From Chrysomallon squamiferum (lineage: Eukaryota > Animalia > Mollusca): a stretch of DNA of 64,000 nt. The notes beneath the pieces were generated by a model. It was not told the origin of the DNA, did no database searches, and saw only the letters and a list, made by a program, of their open reading frames with translations. The stretch spans positions 23,932,001 to 23,996,000 of the forward strand of contig CM022671.1 in the NCBI GenBank assembly GCA_012295275.1, read 5' to 3'. Every line of letters begins with the position of its first letter. The first letter of the stretch is position 1. Made by a program: the position numbers and the translations under genes. Positions 1 to 14,700 of this stretch are shown piece after piece.

Positions 1-139
1 TGATGAACTCTTAGTGATTGTCAGTAACTGATCATTAATACTTAGTGTAACAGAATAATCTCTCTCTCTCTCTCTCTGCTCCCCTCCCCTCCCCTCCCCT
101 CCTCTCCTCTCCTCTCCTCTCACACATCACTCTAATTAC

Positions 140-1411
140 CTTCAGTTCCTGCAGTTTTCTTGGAAGATACAGAATTGCTCCATCGAAGGCTCGCACCTGT
201 CCCAGCAGTTGTTCGTGTCGGGACAACAGAGCAATTTTCAGCTTCCTTGAGTCAATTATGGGGTTAAACTCTACGTAATACTGATACAGAATCCAGTTTG
301 GCATCATTTCAACCCGGAAAAAATTTGAAGACAGATTATAAGGTCTTCCTTGTGTACCTGTTGACCAATGTTAGATGAACCATTTTAAAATGAAAGGGAT
401 GCTTCTGTAACATTTTACATATATTTATAATCCATGTCAAAAAAGATTCCTTGGATTAATGAGAGAAATTTTAATTTACACAGCAGCATAAAATGATAGT
501 GATGAAAATTTCAAACTCGGATCACCATAAATTATTATTTTTAACTTAAAAATCGAGAATACATTTTTTTGAAAACAGGAATGACTGTGTGTCTCTCTGT
601 GTTTAATTCTTATGCCTTTTTTTTTGTAATGGATTGTACAGTTCAGTTAAAACTTTTACCTCTTTTGTCAACGATGTGAGCTGGTCGGGTATTCAGATCA
701 GCATAGCGGATGTCAGCACGTCTCTGAGCAACAGCCTCTGCATTGCCTGTCCCAATGGCCAGCTGTTGCATCTGTTCCACTGGAGGTCTGGCTGCCTCCC
801 CAGCAGTGCCTGCGTGATGTTCTCCCCCTCTGTGATAAATAGCTCTCCCAGACAGCAGCTCTTCACCTCTGCCGCCAACTTCTACACCTACAGGTGGTCT
901 GGTGTCACCTCTAGGCTGAGTCCATACATTACCCTGGACAAACTCCCCTGGCTGTGGATAACCTTGTTGTTGTCCTGGAGGTGGAGCTGCTGCTTGTGGT
1001 GGGAGTGCTGCTTGTGGTGGGAGTGCTGCTTGTGGTGGGAGTGCTGCTTGTGGTGGGAGTGCAGCTTGTGGTGGGAGTGCTGCTTGTGGTGGGAGTGCAG
1101 CTTGTGGCGGGAGTGCAGCTTGTGGGGGTTCTGCTTGTGGTGGGGGCACTTGTTGAGGTATAGCAGCAACAGGCTACAATTAATAAAAAAAAAATTCTAA
1201 ATACTTTACTGTTGATTAAATGAATAAAATATTGAGCTGTTAATATAAATTAATAAAAAAGTCCAAATAAAAAAAACAAAAAAAACAAAAACAAACAAAC
1301 AACATGAAACATTTAAATTGTAATGTAATATAAATTTATAAAACAAAAAGAACAATTTCTTAACTAGTATAGCTATTATTTCATCAGATATCACTAATTA
1401 AGAACCAAATA

Positions 1412-1442
<31 letters not shown>

Positions 1443-2213
1443 CATACATACATACACACATGCTTACATACAGCATGCTTTTTGTGAGAAGTGATGATTA
1501 CCCTCTGTTATTTAGGGTGAATGGGTGCCATACATTCGACTCTTGTCAGTGGCATCTGACAGGTTTGTGAGGTCATGATTGGACTTTGTCCTACTGTGCC
1601 AGTGCATTCCCAAATATTGTCTATGTGCAGAGTCTATTCAGACATGCATATAACAGAGAATATTCAAAATCCTAAACTACATACATAGAGACTTTCATTT
1701 ATATATATATAATATATATATTATATATTTCTTTTTTGTATCTCATATGACATCTTTAGGTTTCTTATTTAAAGGTAATGCATGATTATATTATTCTTTT
1801 CACAGAAATAATGTGCAGAAGTACTGTAGTGATCATTCTAACTCTAAATAATTATGATTGAGGTATATTTGTACTGTGGCTATAAGCAGGGACATCTTAA
1901 CTGAGGGGCTCTGCTGGATAATTTGACAACCATATATGCTGTGACTTGGTATCAATACTTTTTCTTGTGGTTGGCAACATAGAGGCTCCATTGCATTGCT
2001 TTGGCTGGGGGACTATAATGCTGTTAAAGAGGGCCCTGCCTACTAGACCTGGATGAAATGGGGCAGTGGGGAGAGAGTATACCTATCATATGCCCCAATT
2101 ATCTCTTCTTTTTATTTTGTTTTTAACAGAGATTTTACACTCACACACACGCATGCGGACACACACACTCACAAATACACACGCACATGCACACACAAAC
2201 ATATATGCGCACA

Positions 2214-2257
<44 letters not shown>

Positions 2258-2622
2258 TACATATAACATGCACGCAAATGCACACACACACACATGCACG
2301 CAAATGCACACACACACACATGCACGCAAATGCACACACACACCCACACCCACAGACACATAAACTAATGCCACAGTACAGGGCAAATGTCCTGCTTCAT
2401 CATAAGGCTGTTATTTTATTATTAGCAAAAATATAAATGTACAAACAATAGCATAATTAAAATAGAATAAACAGGGGCTTTGTTCCCAGTCAATTACGGT
2501 GTTCATACCTGCTGTTGTCCAGGGCGACGTTGTTGCTGATACTGCTGTGGTTCGTCATCTTGGTGACCCCTTCCACGAGCACGTCCTCGGCCTCTACGTC
2601 GTCCTTTTTCTCTGCCAGACAT
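140..2622 (-). CDS. piwi: Piwi-like protein (PIWIL1/Piwi-type), 5' coding exons; gene continues past the left edge
   Basis: Coding exons 2509-2622 (MSGREKGRRRGRGRARGRG..., the RG/RA motif typical of PIWI N-termini), 660-1173 (Pro/Gln repeats then TRPAHIVDKR) and 140-357 (GTQGRPYNLSSNFFRVEMMPNWILYQYYVEFNP...AFDGAILYLPRKL). The last matches the PIWIL1 N-domain pattern LYQYHIDYNP...AFDGTILFLPKRL. All junctions are GT-AG with consistent phases. Confidence 0.95.
988..1146 (-). repeat. 21-bp coding tandem repeat encoding (PPQAALP)n in the Piwi N-terminus
   Basis: About 7 copies of tgcttgtggtgggagtgc(t/a)gc on the plus strand; the minus-strand translation is PPQAALPPQAALP... Confidence 0.95.
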
Positions 2623-3079
2623 GTTTTCTAGTGTTAGTGTCTGCCTGTAGATTCCAACCAGCACTCTCTATATCTACTGGCACAGTTAAAATATAGATTT
2701 AATAATGTTTATCTTCAGTTTCCATTGGTATGTGTCTGTATATCTGCATGAATGTATGGTATATATGTATATGTGTATGTGTATATGTGTTTATATATCT
2801 GTGTTTGAGGGATGCTTGTGTATGCATGTTAATTTTCAATTTGTGTTTTTGTGTGTGTGTGTTTGGGTGTGGGTAAGTGGGTGGATGTTGTCTGTATCTC
2901 CATGTTTGGGGGGATACTTGTGTATATATGTCTATGTGTGTGTATGTGTGAGAATGTAAGACATATTTATAGAAACCATAAGATAACGATATCACCTCTG
3001 GGTTTATGTCACTGTTTTATTTCCAGTAACACAATAACAAATTAAGTTTAGATTTAATTTTCAGTACGTTTGTCTATGA

Positions 3080-3116
<37 letters not shown>

Positions 3117-3361
3117 TAATAATAATAATAATAATGATGATGAAGATGATATTGATTATATAAAATAACAATTATAATCACAATAAATAGATAAATAAAT
3201 AAACAAGATAAAAGAAAATATTACAGTTATTTCATTTTTGAATGCTAGATTATTTCTCACTGTTAGCTTGAAACAAAAAGCATGTCACAATTTATCAGAT
3301 GTCAAACACTCTTTATCCCTGAAAGTTTTAGTTTCATTTTCAACATCTCTGTCTATGTCAA

Positions 3362-3417
<56 letters not shown>

Positions 3418-3974
3418 CAATGATGTTAATGACACTAAATTAATAATTATAATAAATAAATAAATAAATAAATAAACAAATAAGGTGAAAAAGAATTTTT
3501 TTATTGTTACTGCATTCTTGAATGTTTTAGTTTCATTTTCAACATCTCTGTATATGACAAAATAATAATAATAATAATAATAATGACGATGTTGATGATA
3601 ATGATAACATAATTATAATTATAATAATAAATAAATAAATAAATAAGTAAGGCAAAAATAATTATTATTATTTTTTTTTTATAGTTACTGCATTCTTGAA
3701 TCTTAACATAAACAGATTGTAACTGGACAGTAAAGAGATCTGGTGATGTCATGTTATACTGACTTGTCTATGATAACTAGGGTGTTACGATAAAACACAT
3801 CACTCATACGTTTATTAAAGTAGTAACAAAGTATGCAACTTCTAACCATACAAACATGTTTGGACATGTTTGGGCATGTTTGTTAGCCATCCTACCTACA
3901 AATATGTGTGTGTGTGTGTATGTGTGTGTGTATTTAGTGTGTGTGTACATTTACATACATATACATACATATAC

Positions 3975-4009
<35 letters not shown>

Positions 4010-4308
4010 GACATATATATATTTACATATATATAAATATGTTCACATATATACACATATTTAAATATAAAAAAAAAATATAAAAAAAAAAAAAATATAT
4101 ATACACACACACACACACACATGTGTATGTGTTCATGTGTGTCAGTATGAGTGTGTGTCTATGTACATATTTACTCAAATAAAATCAACAACAATAATCA
4201 TACATTATATTTTTCTTCAATCGTATTGATTTTAACTATCGCCTTACTCGGTACGTTGCCGTGTAATTCTTGTACTAAGCATGTTAACAAAGTCAGATGA
4301 ATGTAAGA

Positions 4309-4500
4309 ACTTACCAGTTTGTGAAAATAAAATAAAAATAATTGCGTTTTAACATTCCTAGATTTTCATACTCACCAGTAATCGTAAAAGGAAGTATTTA
4401 TTTTCATTTTCAACATGTTTTCGGAAATAAGCAATTAACCATTTCTCAGAAAGGGTTTTTCCGTTTTGGGGAAACCCCGACATGTGGCTCAGCTTGTAGA
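4309..4500 (-). promoter_or_regulatory. Probable non-coding first exon(s)/promoter region of the Piwi gene
   Basis: Two strong minus-strand donors, G|GTAAGT near 4309-4315 and G|GTGAGT near 4370-4376, lie upstream of the acceptor at 2645-2646 that opens the ATG exon. CpG is locally more frequent. No transcript evidence is available. Confidence 0.45.
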
Positions 4501-6356
4501 AAGTTTTTGTTACTACTTTAATAAACGTATGAGTCCCTGTTGCCAGACAATAAGCAAAATATATAATGTAAATACAGTAAATAATAATAATAGTAATTAA
4601 TTATTATTATTATTATTATTATTATTATCTTTTTAAAGAAATCAAGACAATGTCATGTTGGTTCAAATTACAGATTATTATTTATTTCTAGTTTAGCGGT
4701 TTTTTGTTCCCCGCCCCAACATTGTGACATATATTAAACATTTAAAATATTTATTATTTATTAATAAATGCACGTCATGATTGATTTATTAATGAGATGT
4801 ATGTAAATAAGATTTGGTTAATGGAGTGTTTTCCACATATTTTATCTTCAAAATCGCCATTATTATTCACATTTTCCAGCAAAAGAGAACATCGGAAAAT
4901 AATTGATCATTGTTCAGTGGTTTATAATCTCCTTAATTATTACGTCTCAAACATATGTTGTGCTTTTATTTATTTATTTATTTATTTCAGTTTTTTTTAG
5001 TCTTTTTTTGTTTCTTTCTAATTCCATTTGCGAGTGCACGCGATTGTCTTCTTTATTTTTATTTTTTAAATTTCTCATATACATTATTCCAAAGCATTGA
5101 TCAGGATATATATTAATGTATGTTTTACTTCATCAACACACATTATTCTGTTTGTATTCAAATATAAGAAACTTGAACTTCAAGTTGAAGCATGTGATAA
5201 AAAGATTATATCTCTTTTCTTTTCTTTTTAAAAGATTTTTTATTAATTTAATATATTTGTATTTTATTTTGTTTTATATTATTTTGTTTTATATTATTTT
5301 ATTTTATGTTATTTCTTTCTTTCTATGATACAGAAAACATCAAAGTACAATGTGAATTCCTGTCTTTGTGATAATAAAATTAATATACGATTTGCATAGC
5401 TGCCCAGAAAAGCGAACATTTCTCTTATTTCTCGTTATTTAATTTTTTCTTAAGATTTTACATACATTATTATTACTATCATTATTATTTATTATCTTTA
5501 TTATTATTTATTGTTTACTATTATTATTATTTATCCTTATTATATTTATTATTTTATTATCATTTATTACTATTATCATTATTATCATCATTATTTAAGA
5601 TTTATTCATTCATTTATTTACTGTTATTATTATCATTATCTTCATCATCATTATTTTATTATTATTATCTATTACAATCACTAGGTCTTATTATCATTTT
5701 TATTATCGTTATCATCATGATGATCATAATTTGTTATTATTGTCATTTATTATTATTATTATCATTATTATTATTTATTCATTTTTATATTATTATTATT
5801 ATCATTTATTATTATTTATTATCATCATATAAGTTTTATTTATTCATTAATTAAATATTATTATCATTTATCATCATCATCATCATTTATTTTTATTGTT
5901 TAAATATTATAGTTTATTATTATTATACATTATTTTTGTTTATTTATTATTATTATTGTAATTATTTATTTCTTCTTCTTTATATTATTATTACTATTAT
6001 CATCATCATGATTGTTATTATTTATTATCTTCATTATTTATTATCATTATGTTATTTGTTATTATATATTGTTTAGTAATTATTATTATTGTTGTGTTTT
6101 ATTATTATGATCATTATCATTATATATTTATTGATTATTATTATTATTTTGTTATAGATGGAGATACTGAAAATAAAACTAAAACTTTCTCTGAAAAAAG
6201 ATCTAGATGTTTTTAAGTTGTATCATGTTTTGTATTTATAATTATTTATTATTATGCTTATGATCATGATTATGATTATTATTATGATAAATTTTTGCTA
6301 TTATTATCATTAAGTATTATTATTATTTGTTAGTATTATCATATCATCATTTAATA

Positions 6357-6648
6357 CAGGCTTGGGAAACCTTTTTCAAGAAGCGGGCCACATGAGACAT
6401 GGCTCATCCTCAGGCAGGCTGCAGGTACTAATTTAGGTGATTTTGTGTTTTTACGTAGAGTTTATTTTAAGAAATTTTTCATTTTCATTTACTTCAGGAA
6501 CTGTTGTAATAAAAAAATTACATTTGTTTTAGTATATTAGTAGATACAAAATAGACTCAGTTTATAAAATTTGAAGTAACGTTATTTTCCTTGTGAAATT
6601 AAGCGGGCCACTCAGAAAGCTGCATGGGCTGCAGTTTGCCCATGGTGG
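6357..6648. mobile_element. Degenerate hAT-type MITE (MER30/Charlie-like ends)
   Basis: The ends CAGGCTTGGGAAAC and GTTTGCCCATGGTG are imperfect inverted repeats. GCGGGCCAC occurs near both ends. The flanks ATTTAATA / ATTTATTA form a 7/8 match consistent with an 8-bp TSD. Confidence 0.6.
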
Positions 6649-7017
6649 ATTTATTACATTATTATTATTATTATTATTATTATCATCATCTTATATAAGT
6701 GTCTGTTCTTACTAAACACTTTATCTTACAGTTACATAGGCTTGTTTATATGAATTAACTTGCTTGTTGACTGATTAGTTACTTAAAATTTAAAAAATGA
6801 ATTAGTAGAATGAAATTATTAATTTGAAGATTTATGATGGAAGCAAAAAAATATGACAGGTTTAGTCTGCAGATGTTCTATTTTGTTTTGCATGTTTTTT
6901 TGTTTTTTTTCAGTAAAGCCCATTTAGCTAACTGAAATTAAAAGAAATTAAACTGATAAAAAATAATATATCAAGCTTTATATTAATAATAGTAGTAACA
7001 ATGATGATGATGATGAT

Positions 7018-7050
<33 letters not shown>

Positions 7051-8074
7051 TGGGAATATTAAAAATCAGTAATCAATAATAAAGAAAAAAACAACAATTT
7101 AATATTTAATTATTTACATATTGAAATTTTTAATGCCATTGTAAATATATTATGTAATGATTTTTATTAATAAAAAACAAGTACATAAGATTCATTTTCT
7201 GCTAAGAGTTGAAAAGGAACCAAAGAGTTTACTTTTCTTTTCTTATTATTAAATGTATTTTCACAATGTTGTTTTAACTACCAAATACTAAAAAAGTTAC
7301 TCATCAATGAATGATACTGGCATGCAGTTATGAATGCTATTTCACAGTTAAAAACTTTTTCATATCTGTATTTTGTATTCAAACCTTTGAAAATAAATTT
7401 GTGACTTATTTTAGATTTCAGAAAGATGACTGGTTACAAACAATTTTCTTATAGAAGCTAGTTTCCTGCTAAATGATCTCTTATTTACTTATTATCGTTA
7501 TTACTATTGTTGTTGTTGTTGTATTAATTAATTAATTTATTTATTATTTTTCCAATTTGTTTTTGCTGAATATTTTATTAATTTACTTAAACTGAAAAAG
7601 AAATTTCAGATAAAGCAAGGTCAATAATGTTTTATTTAATTTTAAATTTGTATAAGATTGAAAGAGTTAAAAAAGTGATGTATAAAAACAAAACACGTTA
7701 ATTTATGCTAGACTATAGTTTATTTGATACCAAAGAAACCAAACCAAATACAATTTAATCACTTTAAGAAATTATACATAGCAAAAAAATATTTTCTTAA
7801 TTACAATCTAAAAATAAAAAATAATGCAGATAAAAGATATAAAGATAATTAATAATGAACAATCAGTATTTTTTTAAATTTTTTTTACATGTATTAGGAA
7901 TATTCTAAGAAAAAATCACTGCAATAACTTTTAGATTTTCAGTAAAATATAAAATATCTTACAATCCAAATATTAATTATCTGACATAATTAAATTTAAT
8001 TGTGATAAATGATTATATTACTATTAGTTAATCTGCATATGTCAAAAAAACCACACCATATAAATCAGTGTGGA

Positions 8075-8757
8075 TTATATTTCAACTTTTGAAAGCTGAT
8101 GTTTGCTTTGGTCCATTTCACTGCTGAGGTCTGAGGCTGTCAGTGGTTGGTCAGATTTATTTACTCCTGTAAATGCAGTGGTTGCCATGGCAGCATTTCT
8201 ATGGTTGCTCACATGTCGATGTTCAAACATAGACTGCAGTTCCATAGGAGTCCTGACTCTAGCAAATATCACATTGGGTGAGATATCAGCAACAGTATCA
8301 GGCAGCATGCTGAAAAAAAACAACCAAATAAATAATTGTATTTTTGTAATGTTTTTTTTAATTTTAAAAAAAATTATTATTATTATTTTTTTTGTAAGGT
8401 ATACATACAACAGCATGAAACTGTGTTTGTTAAAATCAACAATCGCCCTTGATTTTTGTATATATTAATTTATTTTTGTAACAACATTTTCCAAAGTCAT
8501 AAATACAATAAATGTTTGTCTTCAGTTTAATTAAAAGTGACAAATATTTAATAATTGTTTTTGGTTGTTTTACATTTCTCATTTGAAACATTCACTGAAG
8601 ACTGCAACAGGCTTATTAAACTATTATTGGAAAAAGTGTTTTTCTTTTCAGTGTTAATGATATTCTTACTATTACAGATTTCATACATTTACATGTTTTA
8701 CTGATTCTGTATTTAAAGTAGAAGTTCTGAGTATCTCATTGCCTTAAAATAAGATGC

Positions 8758-8788
<31 letters not shown>

Positions 8789-11700
8789 ATGATAAATAAA
8801 AATAATTATTAATAATAATTACACATAATGATGAAGATAATAAGAATAAATAATAATAATAGTAAAAAATAATAATAATAATAAATGATCATAATATTAA
8901 ATAATAACAGTAATAATAAAAAATAATATAAATAATAATAATAATAATAATAATAAATAACAGTAATAATAAAACAACAATAATATAAATAATAATAATA
9001 ATAATAAATAACAGTAATAATAAAACAACAATAATATAAACATTCATAATTTATAATAATAAGGAAGCCAAATTTCATAACTTACCTTAAATCTCTGATT
9101 TTGTTCTTGGAATTGATGTAGTATCGGAATGAGAAAGCTGCTATAATAGCCAGTATGATGATGCAGCATACAGCAATCACAGTGATGATAACAGCTGAAA
9201 GACCATTATCACCTGTGTGTGGGTTTATATGAACCTGGATGATGATAGGACGGCTAAATGCACTGTCCTGATCCATGACGATGAAGGAAACATTTGTTGT
9301 TCCTATATAGCTAGGAAGATGACTCAACCAAAGCTGCTGTCTGGAGATGGTCCTGTAGGAAGGCAAGAGAGCATCTTGTGAATCATCTTCTTCTGGAGGA
9401 GGAAGTGAAATCAGCGAGAAATTGGAACTCAGCGACGTCTCTGGAAACTTGTTGTGATAGGTCAGATTGTCATCAACATCAACATCAGCCATCCAGAAAG
9501 TGCCCACAAGGTGTTCGGATTCATCATTTGTCACTTCAATGTCTACCACGTCAACATTTTCAGAGTTTAACAAACCGGTAGTGGAGTTCTGGAAAAACAG
9601 TTTGGGAGCATCATTGATATTTTCAACACGGATTGTGATGGTAGCTGAAAGCTGGTTTGGTGTTACTGCTGGAGCATCTACAACTTCAGAGGCAAAGAGT
9701 TCCAGTTTGTCCACTCCAGTGAAATCAGGTTCAGGCATGTAGTACAGTACTCCATCTTGAGAGATGTTGGCTTTGCCGTGGGATGGTTCAGACTTTATAG
9801 TGAATGTTAGGTTGTCGCCCTCTGCGTCTTCAAAGTCAATTCTGGCCTTCAACACATTGTCTTCTTCGCCATCAACATTTGTGGTAATGATGGATGGAAC
9901 AGAATTCTGAACTCCAGTGTTTATTACTGCCACAATGAAATGTCTTGGGGAGGAATGAATATTTGTGCTTCGTTTTTCACGATCAGATTTTACAAATGTC
10001 ACTTTACCATTGTTGAATATTTCTTCACATATCTGATTAAAAAATAATAATTTTATTCAAATTAAATAAAAATTCTATTCTGAATTAAAATGACAACAAC
10101 AATGACAACAGCATGAATAATTAAAAAAAAGAAAGGAAAAATAATAACTGAAACAATTCTGCAATACATTACTGAAAATATTTCATTTCAATAACCATAA
10201 TTTTTATTAACATGTTAAATATAATATTTTATTTTAATATAATTACAAGATTATATTTTGTTACAATTTTGTGTTTTTATTGTAATTGTTATTTATTTCA
10301 AAAGCATTGTACATTCTACAAAAGTATGCATAATATTGGTAACAAAGACAAAATTATAATATATAACACAATTACAAGAAAACTGTAATATTTTGGAAAG
10401 AGATGTTCCTTTTTAAACAGAATGGTAATGAAATTGTCTTGAAGTTTTTTGAGTAAAATATTCTGTGTAATGATACAAAAGATTTCATGGGCTGGTTTTG
10501 TGAATTAGGATCAAAATACTTAATTTAGGATTTTATCAAGGCTTTTATCAAGGATTTTACCCCAACAGTGTGCTTCCATTTTTAAAAAGGTCAAAGGTCT
10601 TATTTCTTGTTATTGTTTATTTATTATGATTATGATTATGATTATTATTATTATTATTATTATTTTGTTTAGATGGTTATAATATAACAAAAAACATGCC
10701 TCTGTATTGAAGGTTGTGTCTGTTAAACTAACTCTGTTTTCCACTCCACATGGTTCTTGCACACTGCGCCATTGTTGATCACCTGTAAACAACAACAAAA
10801 CATTTGTTCTTATTTTTTTTCGCATTTCAAACATCTTTTTGGTTTATTCAGTATATATTTATGTAAGTTAATGATGAATGAATGAATGACTAATATAATA
10901 GAAATAATTCTTACCACTGTCCCAGTAAAGAAGGGCTATTTCTTCTATCTTTGTCTGTTTTGAAGTAAGTTGGTTGTTAGATTTGGTAAAATTTATTTTC
11001 TTCTTCAGGTTCACTTTGGGTATTGGAGCAATATAAAACATAGGTTTTGTTATTGACACAAACCTGAAAAAAAAAAAAAAAAAACAAACCAAAAACAATA
11101 ACACTCACTCAACAAAAATACCCAATTCAAAACACATTCCATATTTTAAAGGATCAAATTAAAAGATTTTATAAAAAAAAATACATAATAAAAATCATCA
11201 ATTTCAAGACACACAGAAGTGAAGATTAACCTGTGTAAGATTTATATATATAAATTTGTTTTTAATAAAAATCATCAATTTCAAGACACATGGAAGTGAA
11301 GATTAACCTGTTGTGGAGATATCTGGACAACTGATCTCTTATCGAGTTTAGATTGGCTATGTATGGAACGTAGTTGGCTGAAGCAGTGGACCCGTACACA
11401 CTTTCAACATCTGACTGATCCAGAACACCAACAGAGAGACCTCCATCATCAACTAAACAACACACATAACAATACCTTATAACAGACAGAGTACAAATAA
11501 TATATAATTTCTTTTATTTTTAACATGTTTCTAAACGTCTTAAAACAGGTTGTTGGTATAAAATAAGAATATCATGATTCAAATGCTAAAAATAATATAA
11601 TACAAAAATAAACTTGTATCTGTAGTCACATTTAACAGCCATATGTCTATAATGGCTGCCTTGCTGTCTATTATAATGTTTGAATTCTCAATAAAAGACA

Positions 11701-14700
11701 CCTGTCTACAACAATCATTTTTGTTTTGTCCCTCAATTATCATCATAGACAGGCATATTTTCTTTTTTCTGTTTGTTTTTTTTTAAAAAAAAAAAAAAAG
11801 GAAAAAAAAAGTCTCTTTTTTAATGTTATTCAATTTTATAAAGAGTAAAATTTTTTGGTTTTATTTTTCTTCAAAAAACCTAATAATAAAAAAAATCATA
11901 TTAAAAAATATATATATTTACCTTCAAAATGCAGTTTTAGTGATTGATTGATGTTGTCTGAATGTTGATGACTCTCCAAAACAAAATTAGTCTTTCCTGG
12001 CTTGATTAGTTTGTCTGTCACTCCTGTAAGAACATAACAATTATCAAAACAGTAAATGAAACAGACATGTCATAATTAAATTTCCATAAATAATATTCAT
12101 TTTTATTAAAAAAAAAACATTTGGTATGTTTGAAAAGAACTACAGGTGAATGCAAACTTTTCTTATAGGTAATGGTTGAAATTTTAAATTGAAATAATAC
12201 CAGTGAACTAATTTTGAGGCTGGCTGTGTGTGTATTTTACTGTAGAGAACTTACTTTTGACACATGATGGCTGTGTGTGTATTTTTCTGTATAGAACTTA
12301 CTTTTGATACATGATGGCTGTGTGTGTATTTTACTGTAGAGAACTTACTTTTGATACATGATGGCTTTGTGTGTATTTTACTGTAGAGAACTTACTTTTG
12401 ATGCATGAAGGCTGTGTGTGTATTTTACTGTAGAGATGTGATCTGCTGACGGCATACAGAGTCTGGTAAACACAACGTCCAGGCTCAAGTTTGAAATGGT
12501 CTTCCTTCTTTTTCTTTTTCTCCTTTTTAATGTTTGTCATATTTCGCTGAAAAAATTCTCCAAGACCTGGATTTTTGTTTATGCCATCAAGTTTCATTTC
12601 ACCTGAAACAATTCCAACACTTCTGGTTTTCCTTTTTCCAATTCTGATTAAAGGGAAAATGTCTTGACCTTCTAAAGAAGTGCCAATTTTCCATTCTAGA
12701 AAAACAAAAAAAAAAAAAAAAAGAAAGAAAGGATGAAAATATTTACATGTACTTGGGATAATTAAAAGTTCTGAAATATGTATATGAAAAAAACCCACAT
12801 GTGATTTTATTAATTAGTGTAAACTATTATTATTATTACTGATATGGGTTATTTGTGTTTTTTAAAAGAGGCATGGACCTTTCAGAAAACATATTCATTT
12901 TTGTTTAAAACACTATTGATGCTAATTTAAATTTGTAACTCCTTAATTGTTAAATATATAAAGGAAAAATGATAAATATATATTATATGATTTAAAAGAA
13001 TAAGGTTAAAATATCAATACTATAAACTTAATAATAACACCACACTACAACTGTTCTCACCATAATACTGAACACCTTTGATACTAGTGTCATTCCACCT
13101 GAGTCCAATCCTGTCTGTGTAATTGGTAATGTCAGCACTTGGCACACTGACTTTCAAAGACTGAGAAAACATCAATACAGCTTTTGCATGTTTTGTCTCT
13201 GGAGGAAGTACATCCATTGTAAAGTTGCAAGACTTAGTGCTGCTCTGTCCAGCCCCATTTTCAACTTTTACATTCACAAAATACTTGTGTTGGTGGATCA
13301 GTTTACCATCAAGCCCACTGAAAGTCCATGATTTGTTAGAAGCAACAAAGATATCTTTATGGATGTCCTGCTTACCCAGTGACGTGCCAATGCTTACATA
13401 TGTAGAGACAATTCCACTGATATCTTCTCCGGCTTCCCATTTCACAGAGACTGAATCATTGTTTCCCAGAAACTGAATAGGTTCATCTGAAGAATATTTT
13501 GGATCCACACATTTCATATATTCAATGTGTGGTGGGGTAGTATCAACCAGCAGAGCATTGGACTTAGAATAGGTCACCAGTCCAGCATAATTTTTTACTT
13601 TGATATCAATGAAATATGTGGGTAGTTTAAACTTGGAGAAGTCTGTGGTAGAATTAATTCTTGTCATATTGTTTGGTGCACTTTTGGCTTGATGAAGCTA
13701 AAGTAAGGTTTTGTAATTCCAGTGTAATTGGCAGAAATCCATAAGGAAGATGGCAAGTTTCAGGGCAATCAGCTTCACAGGATTTGTCACATATGTCACA
13801 AAAGTTGGACTGCAACTGAAAAGGTACAATATTAGCAGTCTTGTTTTTACTGTTTGACAAACCAATCCAAATCTCTTTGAGGCCACTTTCAGGATCTGCA
13901 AAAGGTGACCCATACATGCACAGAGGTTTTACATGTTTAGGTATTCTGACATTTGTGATAACAGCTGCAGTTTTAAATGGATGGAATGGATCCACAACTG
14001 GAGGAACATAGTGTTGGGCATTCCATGTAAAAATGTTCAAAGACACATTGGAGTCCAGAGCCAATCCACTAAATGTTGCTTCCTGTTTTTGATCTATGAG
14101 AAAAATTATATCCCAGCTGGGCATTGAGAGAACTGATTTATTTTGTAGCATGAATTTAAATTCATTAACTTCATTATTAGCATCTAACTGTATTGAATTA
14201 TAGTACAGTTTGAATCTGTCTTGGACCCACATTATTCCCTCTTTTGTTTTGTCTGTTTTATTTCTGTGTTCAATGAGAATGCCAAAATTAAAGCCATAGT
14301 CAATAAAGGGACGATTTTCAGTTCCAAGACATAATGAAGCATTCTGGGAACAAAGCTTAACATTTCTATAAAAATCAATATAATGTTCAGGGTAAATATT
14401 GTTGGACTGAGACACATAACTGACTCCTGTGAATATGTTGGTCCCCCAAGCAGGTTTAACATTAACTGTGTAGTTTCCCTCTGTTAACATTATCTTTCTG
14501 AAATACACAGCTCCCTTTTCAATTGTCTTCTGAGAAGCATCATGATGCAACAAGAGGGAAATCCCTTTTGTAGAGTTAACAACATTATCCTTTGAAAAGT
14601 CTTTATTGTCAAGCACTTCAAATGATCTGAGATGTACATCATTTTCACATTCTAACTGCAGCTTATCATGGGAAACTGCTGTAACAGCATGAATCATGTT

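Noticed and set aside
634-1200. Plus-strand 188-aa ORF with (CCLWWE)n repeats resembling a Cys/Trp-rich protein
   Set aside because: It is the antisense shadow of the Piwi PPQAALP repeat exon.
2053-4122. Many ORFs such as HTHTHT / CVCVCV / IIII
   Set aside because: These are translations of (CA)n, (TA)n and (AAT)n microsatellites in introns. The same applies to low-complexity ORFs at 8809-9078, 23745-24101, 35847-36143, 49692-51007 and 52117-52401.
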